From NCBI GenBank assembly GCA_004297735.1, contig SCTI01000002.1, forward strand, positions 64,160 through 128,159: 64,000 nucleotides of DNA, read 5' to 3'. The notes under the pieces are model-generated. The model was given only the letters and a program-made list of their open reading frames with translations. It was not told where the DNA came from and searched no databases. The first letter of the stretch is position 1. Every line of letters starts with the position of its first letter. The position numbers were made by a program, and so were the translations under genes. The stretch is from Patescibacteria group bacterium. Lineage in GTDB: Bacteria; Patescibacteriota; Saccharimonadia; UBA4664; SCTI01. Positions 1 to 7,970 of the stretch are shown one piece after another.

Positions 1-1048
1 TGTCATTATGAGACAACGCTGCTACTTCGGCTTGAATTGCCTGACGGAAAGCCGGAGCCTGGTTAACATCAAAGGTTGAGCGAGGCAGTGGGCCATCGCC
101 ATCAAACCCGGTTGCTACCACCGTAATTTTAATGTGGTCATCCATACTCTCATCTAGCACCGCTCCAAAAATAATGTTGGCGCCAGGATCAACCGCTTCG
201 GTAATCACCTTGGCGGCCTCATCAATCTCGTGCATGCTCATGTTGCGACCACCGGTAATGTTGAACAGAACTCCCTTGGCGCCTTCAACATTAACCTCAA
301 GTAGCGGCGAGTCAATCGCCTGGCGGGCAGCCTGGGTCGCGCGGTTGTCACCCTTACCCACACCAATACCCATTAAGGCTGAGCCGGCGTTTTGCATAAT
401 CGACTTAACGTCAGCAAAGTCCAGGTTAATCAAGCCGTGGACGGTTATAAGATCCGAGATGCCCTGCACACCCTGCTGCAACACATCATCCACCACCTTA
501 AAGGCTTCTAGTAGTGAGGTTTTGCGATCAACCATATCAAGCAAACGGTCGTTGGGAATGGTAATCAAGGTATCAACGTGGTCCTTGAGCTCCTCAATTC
601 CCTGTTCGGCCTGGGTGGCGCGGCGCTCACCTTCAAAGGCAAAAGGCTTGGTAACAATACCAATTACTAGCGCGCCACTCTTGCGAGCCGCGGCCGCCAC
701 CAAAGGAGCCGCACCGGTACCGGTGCCGCCGCCCTCACCCGCGGTAATAAAGACCATGTCGGTATCGCGCAAGGAGTTGGCGATCTCTTGTTCGCTCTCT
801 TCGGCGGCCTTGCGACCAATGGCTGGGTCGGCACCGGCGCCCAGACCCCGAGTTAAATCTTGGCCAATATGAATCTTTTGGCCGGCTCGTGAATGATGCA
901 ACGACTGCGCATCGGTATTAATTGCCACAAACTCGACACCTTGAACCTTTGAATCAATCATGCGCTCAACCGCGGCTGTGCCACCGCCGCCAACGCCGCA
1001 GACCTTAATTCGCGCAAAGGTTTGTATCTCGGGGAGAACCTCAGCCAT
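1..1048 (-). CDS. ftsZ: Cell division protein FtsZ (3' end of gene truncated by window edge; N-terminus [23 protein letters not shown]...)
   Basis: Reverse-strand translation gives canonical FtsZ tubulin-like GTPase motifs (GGGTGTG, NTDAQ); GAAGGAG RBS 12 nt upstream of the ATG; lies downstream of ftsA as expected. Confidence 0.9.
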   Translation of the reverse strand, partial: MAEVLPEIQTFARIKVCGVGGGGTAAVERMIDSKVQGVEFVAINTDAQSLHHSRAGQKIHIGQDLTRGLGAGADPAIGRKAAEESEQEIANSLRDTDMVFITAGEGGGTGTGAAPLVAAAARKSGALVIGIVTKPFAFEGERRATQAEQGIEELKDHVDTLITIPNDRLLDMVDRKTSLLEAFKVVDDVLQQGVQGISDLITVHGLINLDFADVKSIMQNAGSALMGIGVGKGDNRATQAARQAIDSPLLEVNVEGAKGVLFNITGGRNMSMHEIDEAAKVITEAVDPGANIIFGAVLDESMDDHIKITVVATGFDGDGPLPRSTFDVNQAPAFRQAIQAEVAALSHND

Positions 1049-1196
1049 CTTGAATCATATCTCCTTCAACTATCCTTACCACAATACCTCCGGACCCTAC
1101 CGGCATAATGTGCAGTGTAGCCAAATCACGGTTTGAATGCAAATTTTTTGTTCACTTAAGATGGCTAATTTTTAGCGTACACAATTTGTGTTCAAA

Positions 1197-2435
1197 CTAG
1201 GGCAGAAGGTTGCGGAGCGTCTGGCGCAAGCGGGTAACCGTCTGACCAATCCGGGCGTTGGTGCGATCGGCGGGAACTCCGGCGTGCATGTTTTCGAACA
1301 TAAGGCCGACCGGAGCGGCAAAGGCTGGATCGTGAACCTTATCAATTAAGCCGGTTAAGCCGGATGGCTGGCCAATAATTGCGGGTAGCTTAAGGGCATC
1401 TTTGGCAAACTCATCGATACCAGGCATCTTAGCGCCGCCACCGGTTAGCACCACGCCTCCTGGTAGCATGCCGGCCTTACCAACGTTACGAAACTCCTGC
1501 TGAACCATATGAAAGATCTCTTCTAGTCTGGCCTGCACTATGTCGTGCAGATCGCGCTTAGATATAATGCCACCGCCATCGCCACCCAGTTCATCGATCC
1601 GAACCTTTTCGGTTGAGCTAATTCGGCCTGGGTTGGCCTTAACGTACTTGAGTTTAACCTTTTCGGCCACCTCAACATCGGTGCGCAGCCCAATCGCAAT
1701 GTCGTTGGTAATGTGTCCACTACCAACCGGCAAAATACTAGAATAAAGAATCTCGCCCTCCTCATAGACCGCTATGCCGGTGGTACCACCGCCAATATCG
1801 ATAACCGCCGCCCCCAACTCCATCTGCTTTTTGGTTAGAACCGCCCGGGCAGCCGCTACCGGCACCAACGACTGTCCTTCAATATCGATACCGGCCTGAT
1901 ACACGCTACGCTGCAAGTTTTTAATAGCCGGGGTGGCTCCGGTAACAATGTGGGTTTCGACCTCAAGGCGAACGCCGTTCATCCCCACCGGATCTTTAAT
2001 GTTGGTTTGACCGTCCAGACTAAATGAACGAGGGAACATTTGAATAATTTCTCGGTTGGGTGGTAACTGAATGGCGCTGGCGGCCTCTTCGGCGCGACGA
2101 ACATCCTCTATGGTGATCTCCTGGTCGGCTCGGCCAACCGCAATCACCCCGGTTGAGTTCTGGCTGAGGACATGGGCGCCATCGATGTTAATGGTGGCGC
2201 GATCAATTGGTACGCCGCTAATGCGCTCAGCCTCATCAACCGCCGCCGTAATTGACGATACGGTTTCCTCAATATCTATCACCTCGCCGCGGCGCAGACC
2301 CTCAGCCGGAGCCACTCCAACCCCAATAACACTCGGGTTAACCGCCTCGGCTTCGAGCAGGCCAACAATGCAGCACACTTTGGTGCTACCAATATCGAGA
2401 CCAATGTAAATGTTGTCTTGGCTGCGAGCTGCCAC
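1197..2435 (-). CDS. ftsA: Cell division protein FtsA (GTG start)
   Basis: 412 aa actin-like ATPase, IGLDIGSTKVCCIVG N-terminus; GAAGGAG RBS; conserved ftsA-ftsZ order. Confidence 0.9.
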   Translation of the reverse strand: MAARSQDNIYIGLDIGSTKVCCIVGLLEAEAVNPSVIGVGVAPAEGLRRGEVIDIEETVSSITAAVDEAERISGVPIDRATINIDGAHVLSQNSTGVIAVGRADQEITIEDVRRAEEAASAIQLPPNREIIQMFPRSFSLDGQTNIKDPVGMNGVRLEVETHIVTGATPAIKNLQRSVYQAGIDIEGQSLVPVAAARAVLTKKQMELGAAVIDIGGGTTGIAVYEEGEILYSSILPVGSGHITNDIAIGLRTDVEVAEKVKLKYVKANPGRISSTEKVRIDELGGDGGGIISKRDLHDIVQARLEEIFHMVQQEFRNVGKAGMLPGGVVLTGGGAKMPGIDEFAKDALKLPAIIGQPSGLTGLIDKVHDPAFAAPVGLMFENMHAGVPADRTNARIGQTVTRLRQTLRNLLP

Positions 2436-2556
2436 CGGGAAACCGCTCCTTCGCTTTACCTACTGTTTAGTATACCGCTTATGCTAACCTGGGGGCAAGC
2501 CAGGGCCCATCAGGGCGAATCGGACAATAGCTGAAACTCTGCTTAGTATAACAGAA

Positions 2557-3309
2557 TTATGACTGCGTGAGGATTTGAGCGCCCTGCTCGGTGATAACAA
2601 CGGTGTGCTCAAACTGAGCCGACAGGCTGCCATCGGCGGTACGAATGGTCCAACCATCGCCATCAAGCACAATGTCGGCCGAACCGAGCGTTGCCATGGG
2701 CTCGATGGCGATAACCATGCCCGGCTGCAGCTCTGGGCCACGACCGGCCTTACCCTGATTCGGCACCTGCGGCTCCTCCCATAGCTCATAGCCAACCCCG
2801 TGGCCAACCAACTCGGTGATAATACCTAGTTTATGCTGGCGTAAAACCTGCTCGATAGCGGCCGATATGTCACCAACTTGGGCTCCGGGTTGAGCGGCGG
2901 CAATCCCGGCTGCCAGAGCCCGCTGGGTACCTTCTAGTAGACGTTTGGCAGCGGCTTCAGGGCGACCAACCGCCACGGTGATGGCGCCATCGGTAATTCT
3001 GCCCTTATAGCGCACGCCATAATCTAAGCCCACAATGTCACCGTCCATTAGTGGAATGTCGTTCGGGATGCCGTGGACCACCGCATCGTTGACCGAAATA
3101 CAGATCGGATCCGGAAATCCCTGATGCCCCTTAAAGGCGGCCTCGACTCCATGGCGCTTGGTTTCATCGGCCGCTAGTTGTGACAGCTGTCGCGGGGTGG
3201 CTCCTGGCTGAGCGGCCGCCGCAACCGCCTTTAGCACCTGGTCCAAAACCGCTCCCCCCTGACGCAGTCGCTCAATATCGTCGGCGGTTTTAAGCGAGAT
3301 GTTCGGCAT
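2557..3309 (-). CDS. map: Methionine aminopeptidase type I
   Basis: 250 aa; pita-bread fold metal ligands; adk-map adjacency. Confidence 0.9.
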   Translation of the reverse strand: MPNISLKTADDIERLRQGGAVLDQVLKAVAAAAQPGATPRQLSQLAADETKRHGVEAAFKGHQGFPDPICISVNDAVVHGIPNDIPLMDGDIVGLDYGVRYKGRITDGAITVAVGRPEAAAKRLLEGTQRALAAGIAAAQPGAQVGDISAAIEQVLRQHKLGIITELVGHGVGYELWEEPQVPNQGKAGRGPELQPGMVIAIEPMATLGSADIVLDGDGWTIRTADGSLSAQFEHTVVITEQGAQILTQS

Positions 3310-3856
3310 GTAGCACCTCTAAAATACGTTGTTGCACCACCGCCGGCTCGGCGTCAGCGTCGACCTCGCGCAGCAGTCCCTGCTGGCGACACAACTCAAT
3401 GGTTGGCAACGTGTCGCGCTCGTACTCGGCCCATCGCACCTTAATGGTTTCGGGCTGATCATCATGTCGCCCACGTTTAGCCAAGCGCTGCTCAACCTGT
3501 TCGCGCGACAGTTTAAGCAAGATTACCAGGTTGAGCTTACGGCCTAGCGCCGGCAAGTCTTCGTTTAAATGATGCACCTCTCCAGGCTTGCGTGGTGAGC
3601 CATCAAGTACGATACCCGTGTCCGCTGGCAGCTGACGCAGCTTTTCCAGCAACACCTTGTGCACGTAAGGTGACGGCACCAAATGACCGGCGTTCAGCGC
3701 CGCCACCACCGCCGGGTCGATACCGGGCTCCTTGATGTGCTCACGCAGGATGCTGCCGGTCGAAACCGCCTGCCACCCGAGCTCTTCGGCCAATATCCTG
3801 GCCTGAACCGACTTACCGGAGCCAATCGGCCCCATAATAGCTACGACAGGGGCCAT
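3290..3856 (-). CDS. adk: Adenylate kinase
   Basis: 188 aa; P-loop GPIGSGKS; overlaps map by 20 nt. Confidence 0.88.
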   Translation of the reverse strand: MAPVVAIMGPIGSGKSVQARILAEELGWQAVSTGSILREHIKEPGIDPAVVAALNAGHLVPSPYVHKVLLEKLRQLPADTGIVLDGSPRKPGEVHHLNEDLPALGRKLNLVILLKLSREQVEQRLAKRGRHDDQPETIKVRWAEYERDTLPTIELCRQQGLLREVDADAEPAVVQQRILEVLHAEHLA

Positions 3857-4218
3857 ATAAACCCCGTTAGGTACGGCCCAAACACCGCCACCCCAATGGC
3901 GGCCGCACCGACCGCCGCCACCAGCACCGCGCCAGCGGCAATGTCCTTAATAATTCGAACCTGCTGGTTGTGGTTGGGCTCAATTAAGTCCAGGATCTTT
4001 TCGATGGCGGTGTTAACCACCTCCGACACAAACACGATAATAATGGCAAAAAAGATTGCCGCTAGCTCGGCGTTAGACACATTTAGAGCCACCGCTAGTA
4101 GTAGCGCTAACACCGCTATAACCAGGTGAAAACGAGCGTTTCGCTCAACCCGCACCACATGCACCAATCCGCTAAAGGCGGTACGGAGGCTGCGTAAAAA
4201 TCCGATTACTGATTCCAT
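3841..4218 (-). CDS. dgkA: Diacylglycerol/undecaprenol kinase DgkA family
   Basis: 125 aa polytopic membrane protein with DAGK_prokar-like sequence; ybeY-dgkA linkage. Confidence 0.8.
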   Translation of the reverse strand: MESVIGFLRSLRTAFSGLVHVVRVERNARFHLVIAVLALLLAVALNVSNAELAAIFFAIIIVFVSEVVNTAIEKILDLIEPNHNQQVRIIKDIAAGAVLVAAVGAAAIGVAVFGPYLTGFIWPLS

Positions 4219-4658
4219 TTAAAGTCCCTGTATCTTAGGTTTGAGTCGACCATCACTCGCTGCTGAATCGCCTCCATCTGCTGCTGGCCTTCTGGGGTTG
4301 AATGGTCGTAACCGGCAGCATGTAACAATCCGTGCAGCGCTAGCAGTCCCACCTCATCGACCACCTCAATTTGGGCCTGTTCGGCCTGACGAGCGGCGGT
4401 CTCGGTACTTATAACCACGTCGGCGATGGTTGGATCGTCGTTTTCAACCGGCTGATATGGGAAGGTTAGCACATCGGTGGCATAAGCATTACCGGTATAC
4501 TGTGTATTTAACTCGGTTATCTGAGCATCGTCAACCAGCAGCAGGTTCACCATGCCGTCTGGCAACTCAACCTGGTCATCATTGTCGACGGCAGCGGCGA
4601 TCGCCTGAACCGCGGTGGCCAGCTCGGTCGGCCAATCACCCACCAACTGAATCGTCAT
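4206..4658 (-). CDS. ybeY: rRNA maturation endoribonuclease YbeY
   Basis: 150 aa; HGLLHAAGYDH zinc-binding motif. Confidence 0.88.
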   Translation of the reverse strand: MTIQLVGDWPTELATAVQAIAAAVDNDDQVELPDGMVNLLLVDDAQITELNTQYTGNAYATDVLTFPYQPVENDDPTIADVVISTETAARQAEQAQIEVVDEVGLLALHGLLHAAGYDHSTPEGQQQMEAIQQRVMVDSNLRYRDFKWNQ

Positions 4659-5101
4659 TATTGCAGCTTGGCTCGTACCGCTGCCGATACGGCCGCTCCG
4701 TCGGTACGACCGCTAGCGCGTTTGACCACCTCGCCAATCACCTGGCCCATCTGGGCCGGGCCACTTGGCTTGAGCTCGCTTATCACCTGGCTGACAAGAT
4801 CGTCTAGCTCAGACTGGCTCAGCTGCTGCGGCAGGTAGCCCTCAATAATTGCAAGCTCCTGCTGCTCGGAGTCAGCCAGGTCGTCTCGGCCCCCAGCGCG
4901 ATACTGGTCAATGGAGTCACGGCGCTGCTTGGCCTCACGCTGCAACACCTTAAGTGCCTCCGGCTCACCCAGATCATGTCCAAGTTTGATTTTTTCATTA
5001 ATAAAGGCGGTTTTAATTAAACGTAAAACCTGCACGCGATCGGCCTGCTGCTCCTTAAGAGCAGCGGTTAGATCCTGGTTGATGGTATCGATGAGCGACA
5101 T
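4658..5101 (-). CDS. GatB/YqeY domain protein
   Basis: 147 aa helical protein matching the YqeY family. Confidence 0.7.
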   Translation of the reverse strand: MSLIDTINQDLTAALKEQQADRVQVLRLIKTAFINEKIKLGHDLGEPEALKVLQREAKQRRDSIDQYRAGGRDDLADSEQQELAIIEGYLPQQLSQSELDDLVSQVISELKPSGPAQMGQVIGEVVKRASGRTDGAAVSAAVRAKLQ

Positions 5102-5126
5102 CTGATCCCTATCTTAAAGTTGATAA

Positions 5127-5336
5127 TTAGCGATAGAGGGCTTGCTTGGCTTTGTTGGCCTTGCGAGCAGCCTTGCGGATAGCAATTTCGCGTTGAGCCC
5201 GCTTGGTTAGCGGCTTCTCAAACTGACGCTTGCGCCGAGCCACACCCAACACACCTGATTGCTGCACCTTCTTGTTAAAGCGGCGGATCAGGTTTTCGAG
5301 TGATTCTCGTTCATCTTTGCGATTTACTTGCAGCAC
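5127..5336 (-). CDS. rpsU: 30S ribosomal protein S21
   Basis: 69 aa highly basic; RRFNKKVQQSG.. typical of S21. Confidence 0.88.
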   Translation of the reverse strand: MLQVNRKDERESLENLIRRFNKKVQQSGVLGVARRKRQFEKPLTKRAQREIAIRKAARKANKAKQALYR

Positions 5337-5427
5337 GTGCTGTCACCTTCTTTCTTGGTTGATGATTGCTTATTTTGCCTTGAGCAACTTGAGTATTGTA
5401 TCTGATTCTTATCTGTTGCGCAAGAGC

Positions 5428-5473
5428 GGGTCCGACCTAGCAAGAGGTCGGACCCTTTGCTAGGTCGGACCTC
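5428..5473. repeat. Nested palindrome cluster (GGGTCCGACCTAGCAAGAGGTCGGACCC plus a second overlapping arm); member of a short recurring GGTCCGACCTA / CGACCTAGCA motif family
   Basis: Perfect 11 bp stem read directly; related copies at 7961 and 14252. Confidence 0.6.
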
Positions 5474-5474
5474 T

Positions 5475-5795
5475 TTAAGGCGCCATCAGATGGAGGTGTA
5501 GGTGATCCACCTCCTGCCCACCTTTGCGCCCTACGTTGATAGCAACCCGGTAGGCGCCGGTCACTCCCTGCTCCGCCGCCACCTGTCGAGTGGCCTCCAG
5601 CAGGCTTCCAGATAGCTCCGGAGTAGCCTCATCAAGACTGTTAACGTGGTCTTTCGGCACAATCAAGATGTGAACCCGCTCTTTAGGGTGGATATCTTTA
5701 AAGGCCGCAAACTCATCATTCTGCCAGATCAGCCCATCTGGACTGTTAGCCAGCTTACAAAATAGGCAGTCTGGAAGGGTTTGCGTATCGCTCAT
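5475..5795 (-). CDS. HIT family (histidine triad) hydrolase
   Basis: 106 aa; HLHLHLM histidine triad at C-terminus. Confidence 0.85.
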   Translation of the reverse strand: MSDTQTLPDCLFCKLANSPDGLIWQNDEFAAFKDIHPKERVHILIVPKDHVNSLDEATPELSGSLLEATRQVAAEQGVTGAYRVAINVGRKGGQEVDHLHLHLMAP

Positions 5796-5829
5796 ACCCC
5801 CACTCTACCATATTTGAGATGTCCCAAAG

Positions 5830-6110
5830 CAAAGGAAAACCCCGTCCGAAGACGGGGTCCTTTCGTCCCGGCAGATGCCAGGGCGAGGCGATGAGGCTAC
5901 CTGAAGTTGCCCGGGAGACGGAAGGTGCCTCCGTGGACACCTCCACAGGTGGGCCAAGGGTCAATCTGGACCCCAGCTCCGCATGCAGAGGGCTGCTCTC
6001 CAGGAACAAGGGTTCGAGTTGGCGGCGGGCTGCCCCGACGACGTCGAGCCTTGGTCCTCACTACTGAGGTACTGCCGTTACCTGCCAAGTTGATCATCTC
6101 CTTATGGATC
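5830..6110 (-). ncRNA. Candidate structured non-coding RNA (unassigned) ending in an intrinsic terminator (CCCCGTCTTCGGACGGGGTTTTCC at about 5836-5866)
   Basis: About 280 nt with no credible ORF (only overlapping multi-frame junk ORFs), GC-rich, many local helices, clean hairpin plus U-run at the 3' end on the minus strand; tmRNA, RNase P and SRP consensus elements were looked for and not found. Confidence 0.25.
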
Positions 6111-6210
6111 AACAGGTGGGGATCAGGTTGCTTTTATAGTACTCCTAAGCATAAGCATATACAAGGTGGAAATAGGTTGAGAAATAATAGCTTACAGACC
6201 CTAAACGTAC

Positions 6211-6245
6211 TTCGAGGCCGTCATCTGGGAGTGATGACGGCCTCG
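6211..6245 (-). terminator. 12 bp perfect hairpin GAGGCCGTCATC-N7-GATGACGGCCTC downstream of the 104 aa ORF
   Basis: Read directly; no U-run. Confidence 0.4.
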
Positions 6246-6263
6246 TTAAGAGACCCAGGTAGT

Positions 6264-6578
6264 TCAGGCGCGGTTGAGCGAGCGCTCGAGGCGGCGCGCC
6301 TTCCCGTAATGGCCGTTGGCGCGCAGATGCTTGATCTTGCGCTTCAGGTCCAGCTCGTCCAGCTTGGTCTCGTAGAAGACCTTGAGCGAGTTCAGCGCAC
6401 CGGTCAGGAGATCGTGGAGCACACCGGCAAAGGTGCGGTTCTTGATCTGCGCCAACGCTGAGCAGTAGGCCTTTTCGAGAGCCTCACGTCCCTGCCCCAG
6501 CCGGTAGCTGAAGTACAGGCCGTGCTGCACCAGGGTGAGCTTGTTCTGAAGCACTGCTTCGTTCATCTGAGAATACAC
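6264..6578 (-). CDS. Hypothetical protein (about 100 aa; GTG at 6578 or ATG at 6566), high GC3
   Basis: ORF with GAGG RBS; codon third positions strongly G/C unlike backbone genes. Confidence 0.55.
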   Translation of the reverse strand: MYSQMNEAVLQNKLTLVQHGLYFSYRLGQGREALEKAYCSALAQIKNRTFAGVLHDLLTGALNSLKVFYETKLDELDLKRKIKHLRANGHYGKARRLERSLNRA

Positions 6579-6650
6579 CTCATGGGAGTAGATGTCGGAT
6601 GGCGTCCGTGCCAGATGGCCATATCTGATCCTTCAGATATGGGTACTGCT

Positions 6651-6776
6651 TTATCGAGCGTACGCCCGGTGCCGGCGATTTTGCATCACCCTGAGTCCAC
6701 GCAAGAACCTGGCATGCACCGCCGGATGGGGGCGCTTCCGGGTATCTGGCTTGAACCGAGCACGTTTTTGCTTCAT
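6651..6776 (-). CDS. Hypothetical 41 aa extremely basic peptide (MKQKRARFKPDTRKRPHPAVHARFLRGLRVMQNRRHRAYAR)
   Basis: AGGAG RBS 5 nt upstream; below the 60 aa ORF-track cutoff; high GC3; sits between two co-oriented small ORFs. Confidence 0.4.
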   Translation of the reverse strand: MKQKRARFKPDTRKRPHPAVHARFLRGLRVMQNRRHRAYAR

Positions 6777-6783
6777 GCGACTC

Positions 6784-6918
6784 CTACGGGTAGCGCTTGA
6801 ACGGCAGCAGCAACTGCAGGTAACCAACCAGGTAGAACCGGTCGATCACGCGGTTGCCGGTCTGGCCAGGCTTGGTGGGCTTGTACACCAGACGGAAAAA
6901 GCGGAGAAACGCCTCCAT
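6784..6918 (-). CDS. Hypothetical 44 aa protein (MEAFLRFFRLVYKPTKPGQTGNRVIDRFYLVGYLQLLLPFKRYP)
   Basis: GGGAG RBS 8 nt upstream; high GC3; first gene of a compact three-ORF islet. Confidence 0.4.
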   Translation of the reverse strand: MEAFLRFFRLVYKPTKPGQTGNRVIDRFYLVGYLQLLLPFKRYP

Positions 6919-7144
6919 GGCTTCGCTCCCGGGTAGTGGTTTGGGGTACTACACCTTTTGGCCTGAATTCGACCTTAGGGTTATCTAACCTGATTTATAG
7001 CAAATTTACAGATAAATGTCAATTCTGCCTAGATGGTTTTGACGTTTTTGCTAATTAAACATCTAAATAGATCTGAATTGGCTTTTTTGGCTTTCTTAAG
7101 CCAAAGTTTGTTGTTTTCTGAGTGTAATATAAGCATTAAAACTA

Positions 7145-7173
7145 TTGACAAAATGGCCATTTGTTGGTATTAT
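7145..7173 (+). promoter_or_regulatory. Sigma-70-like promoter TTGACA-17-TATTAT
   Basis: Near-consensus -35 and -10 boxes with 17 bp spacing, upstream of the Rpf-like gene. Confidence 0.6.
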
Positions 7174-7333
7174 GTCTCCCGATAGCTTAAAAGTCGTGCC
7201 AATCCGGTACGCTTTTTTGTTATCAGGGCACCTTTTAAACGTCAGCTTTAGTAATAAAGCCGATATAGGTTCGCTCCTGAAGTGCGATAGCAAGATGTAC
7301 TTCAAATGGGAGAAAGGATCACTTCTTACCCCC

Positions 7334-7918
7334 ATGTATAACCTGCATACGCTGGTACTGCTTGTAGCAATGCTAGCCAACCCGGTCCGAATTGCCGCCG
7401 CTTTGCCGATTGCTCTTTCGACCGCTCCCGAGGTTAACGCCTCATCCCCTACTACCGCACCTGTACAAAAGATTACCTTTACCACCCAGGCCGCTCAGCC
7501 GGTAACCATCCCGGCTACTCCTCAGCCCAACATTGAGACTGAGGTGATTGAGCCCCTACGTCAGGCCCAGGCCGCTAAGGCCGAGGCCGAGGCCAAGGCT
7601 GCTGCGATTGCAGCTGCCAAGGAGGCTCAGGCTAAGGTTGCCGCTAAGGCCACTTCTGCCGCTACCACCGAGGCCGCTCCGGCTGCCACCGGTGACGCCT
7701 GGTACAAGCTCCGCTTGTGTGAGTCTGGTAACGATTACACCAAGAACACCGGTAACGGTTATTACGGTGCATACCAGTACAACATTGGTACCTGGAACAA
7801 CTATGGTGGCTTTGCCCGTCCGGACCTCGCTCCGGCCGCGGTACAGGACGCCAAGGCCCAGGCTGACTACGCCCGTCGTGGATTCAGCCCATGGCCTGCC
7901 TGTTCCAAGCGCCTCTAA
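7334..7918 (+). CDS. Secreted Rpf-like transglycosylase-domain protein (signal/TM segment, Ala/Pro/Thr linker, C-terminal resuscitation-promoting-factor-type lysozyme-like domain). Start could also be 7296
   Basis: C-terminal LRLCESGNDYTKNTGNGYYGAYQYNIGTW...GFSPWPAC matches the Rpf/transglycosylase-like domain; the ORF-track start at 7145 lies inside the promoter and is therefore excluded. Confidence 0.75.
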   Translation: MYNLHTLVLLVAMLANPVRIAAALPIALSTAPEVNASSPTTAPVQKITFTTQAAQPVTIPATPQPNIETEVIEPLRQAQAAKAEAEAKAAAIAAAKEAQAKVAAKATSAATTEAAPAATGDAWYKLRLCESGNDYTKNTGNGYYGAYQYNIGTWNNYGGFARPDLAPAAVQDAKAQADYARRGFSPWPACSKRL

Positions 7919-7921
7919 ACT

Positions 7922-7950
7922 AAAAACCGCCCTCTCGTAGGGCGGTTTTT
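7922..7950. terminator. Bidirectional intrinsic terminator AAAAACCGCCCTCTCGTAGGGCGGTTTTT
   Basis: GC stem flanked by A-run and T-run, between convergent genes. Confidence 0.85.
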
Positions 7951-7970
7951 AGTTTGGTAAGAGGTCCGAC

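Noticed and set aside
132-872. 246 aa plus-strand ORF
   Set aside because: Antisense to ftsZ; low-complexity Ser/Ala/Pro translation typical of a wrong frame in a real gene
5830-6110. tmRNA, RNase P RNA or SRP RNA identity for the non-coding region
   Set aside because: No tag-peptide ORF ending ..ALAA, no tRNA-like acceptor/T-arm pairing, no GGAAAGTCCGG/ACAGAACCCGGCUUA P4 elements, no GGAAGG..AGCAGCC domain IV; left as unassigned
7548-7940. 130 aa Pro/Arg/Leu-rich plus-strand ORF
   Set aside because: Alternative frame of the Ala/Pro-rich linker of the Rpf-like gene
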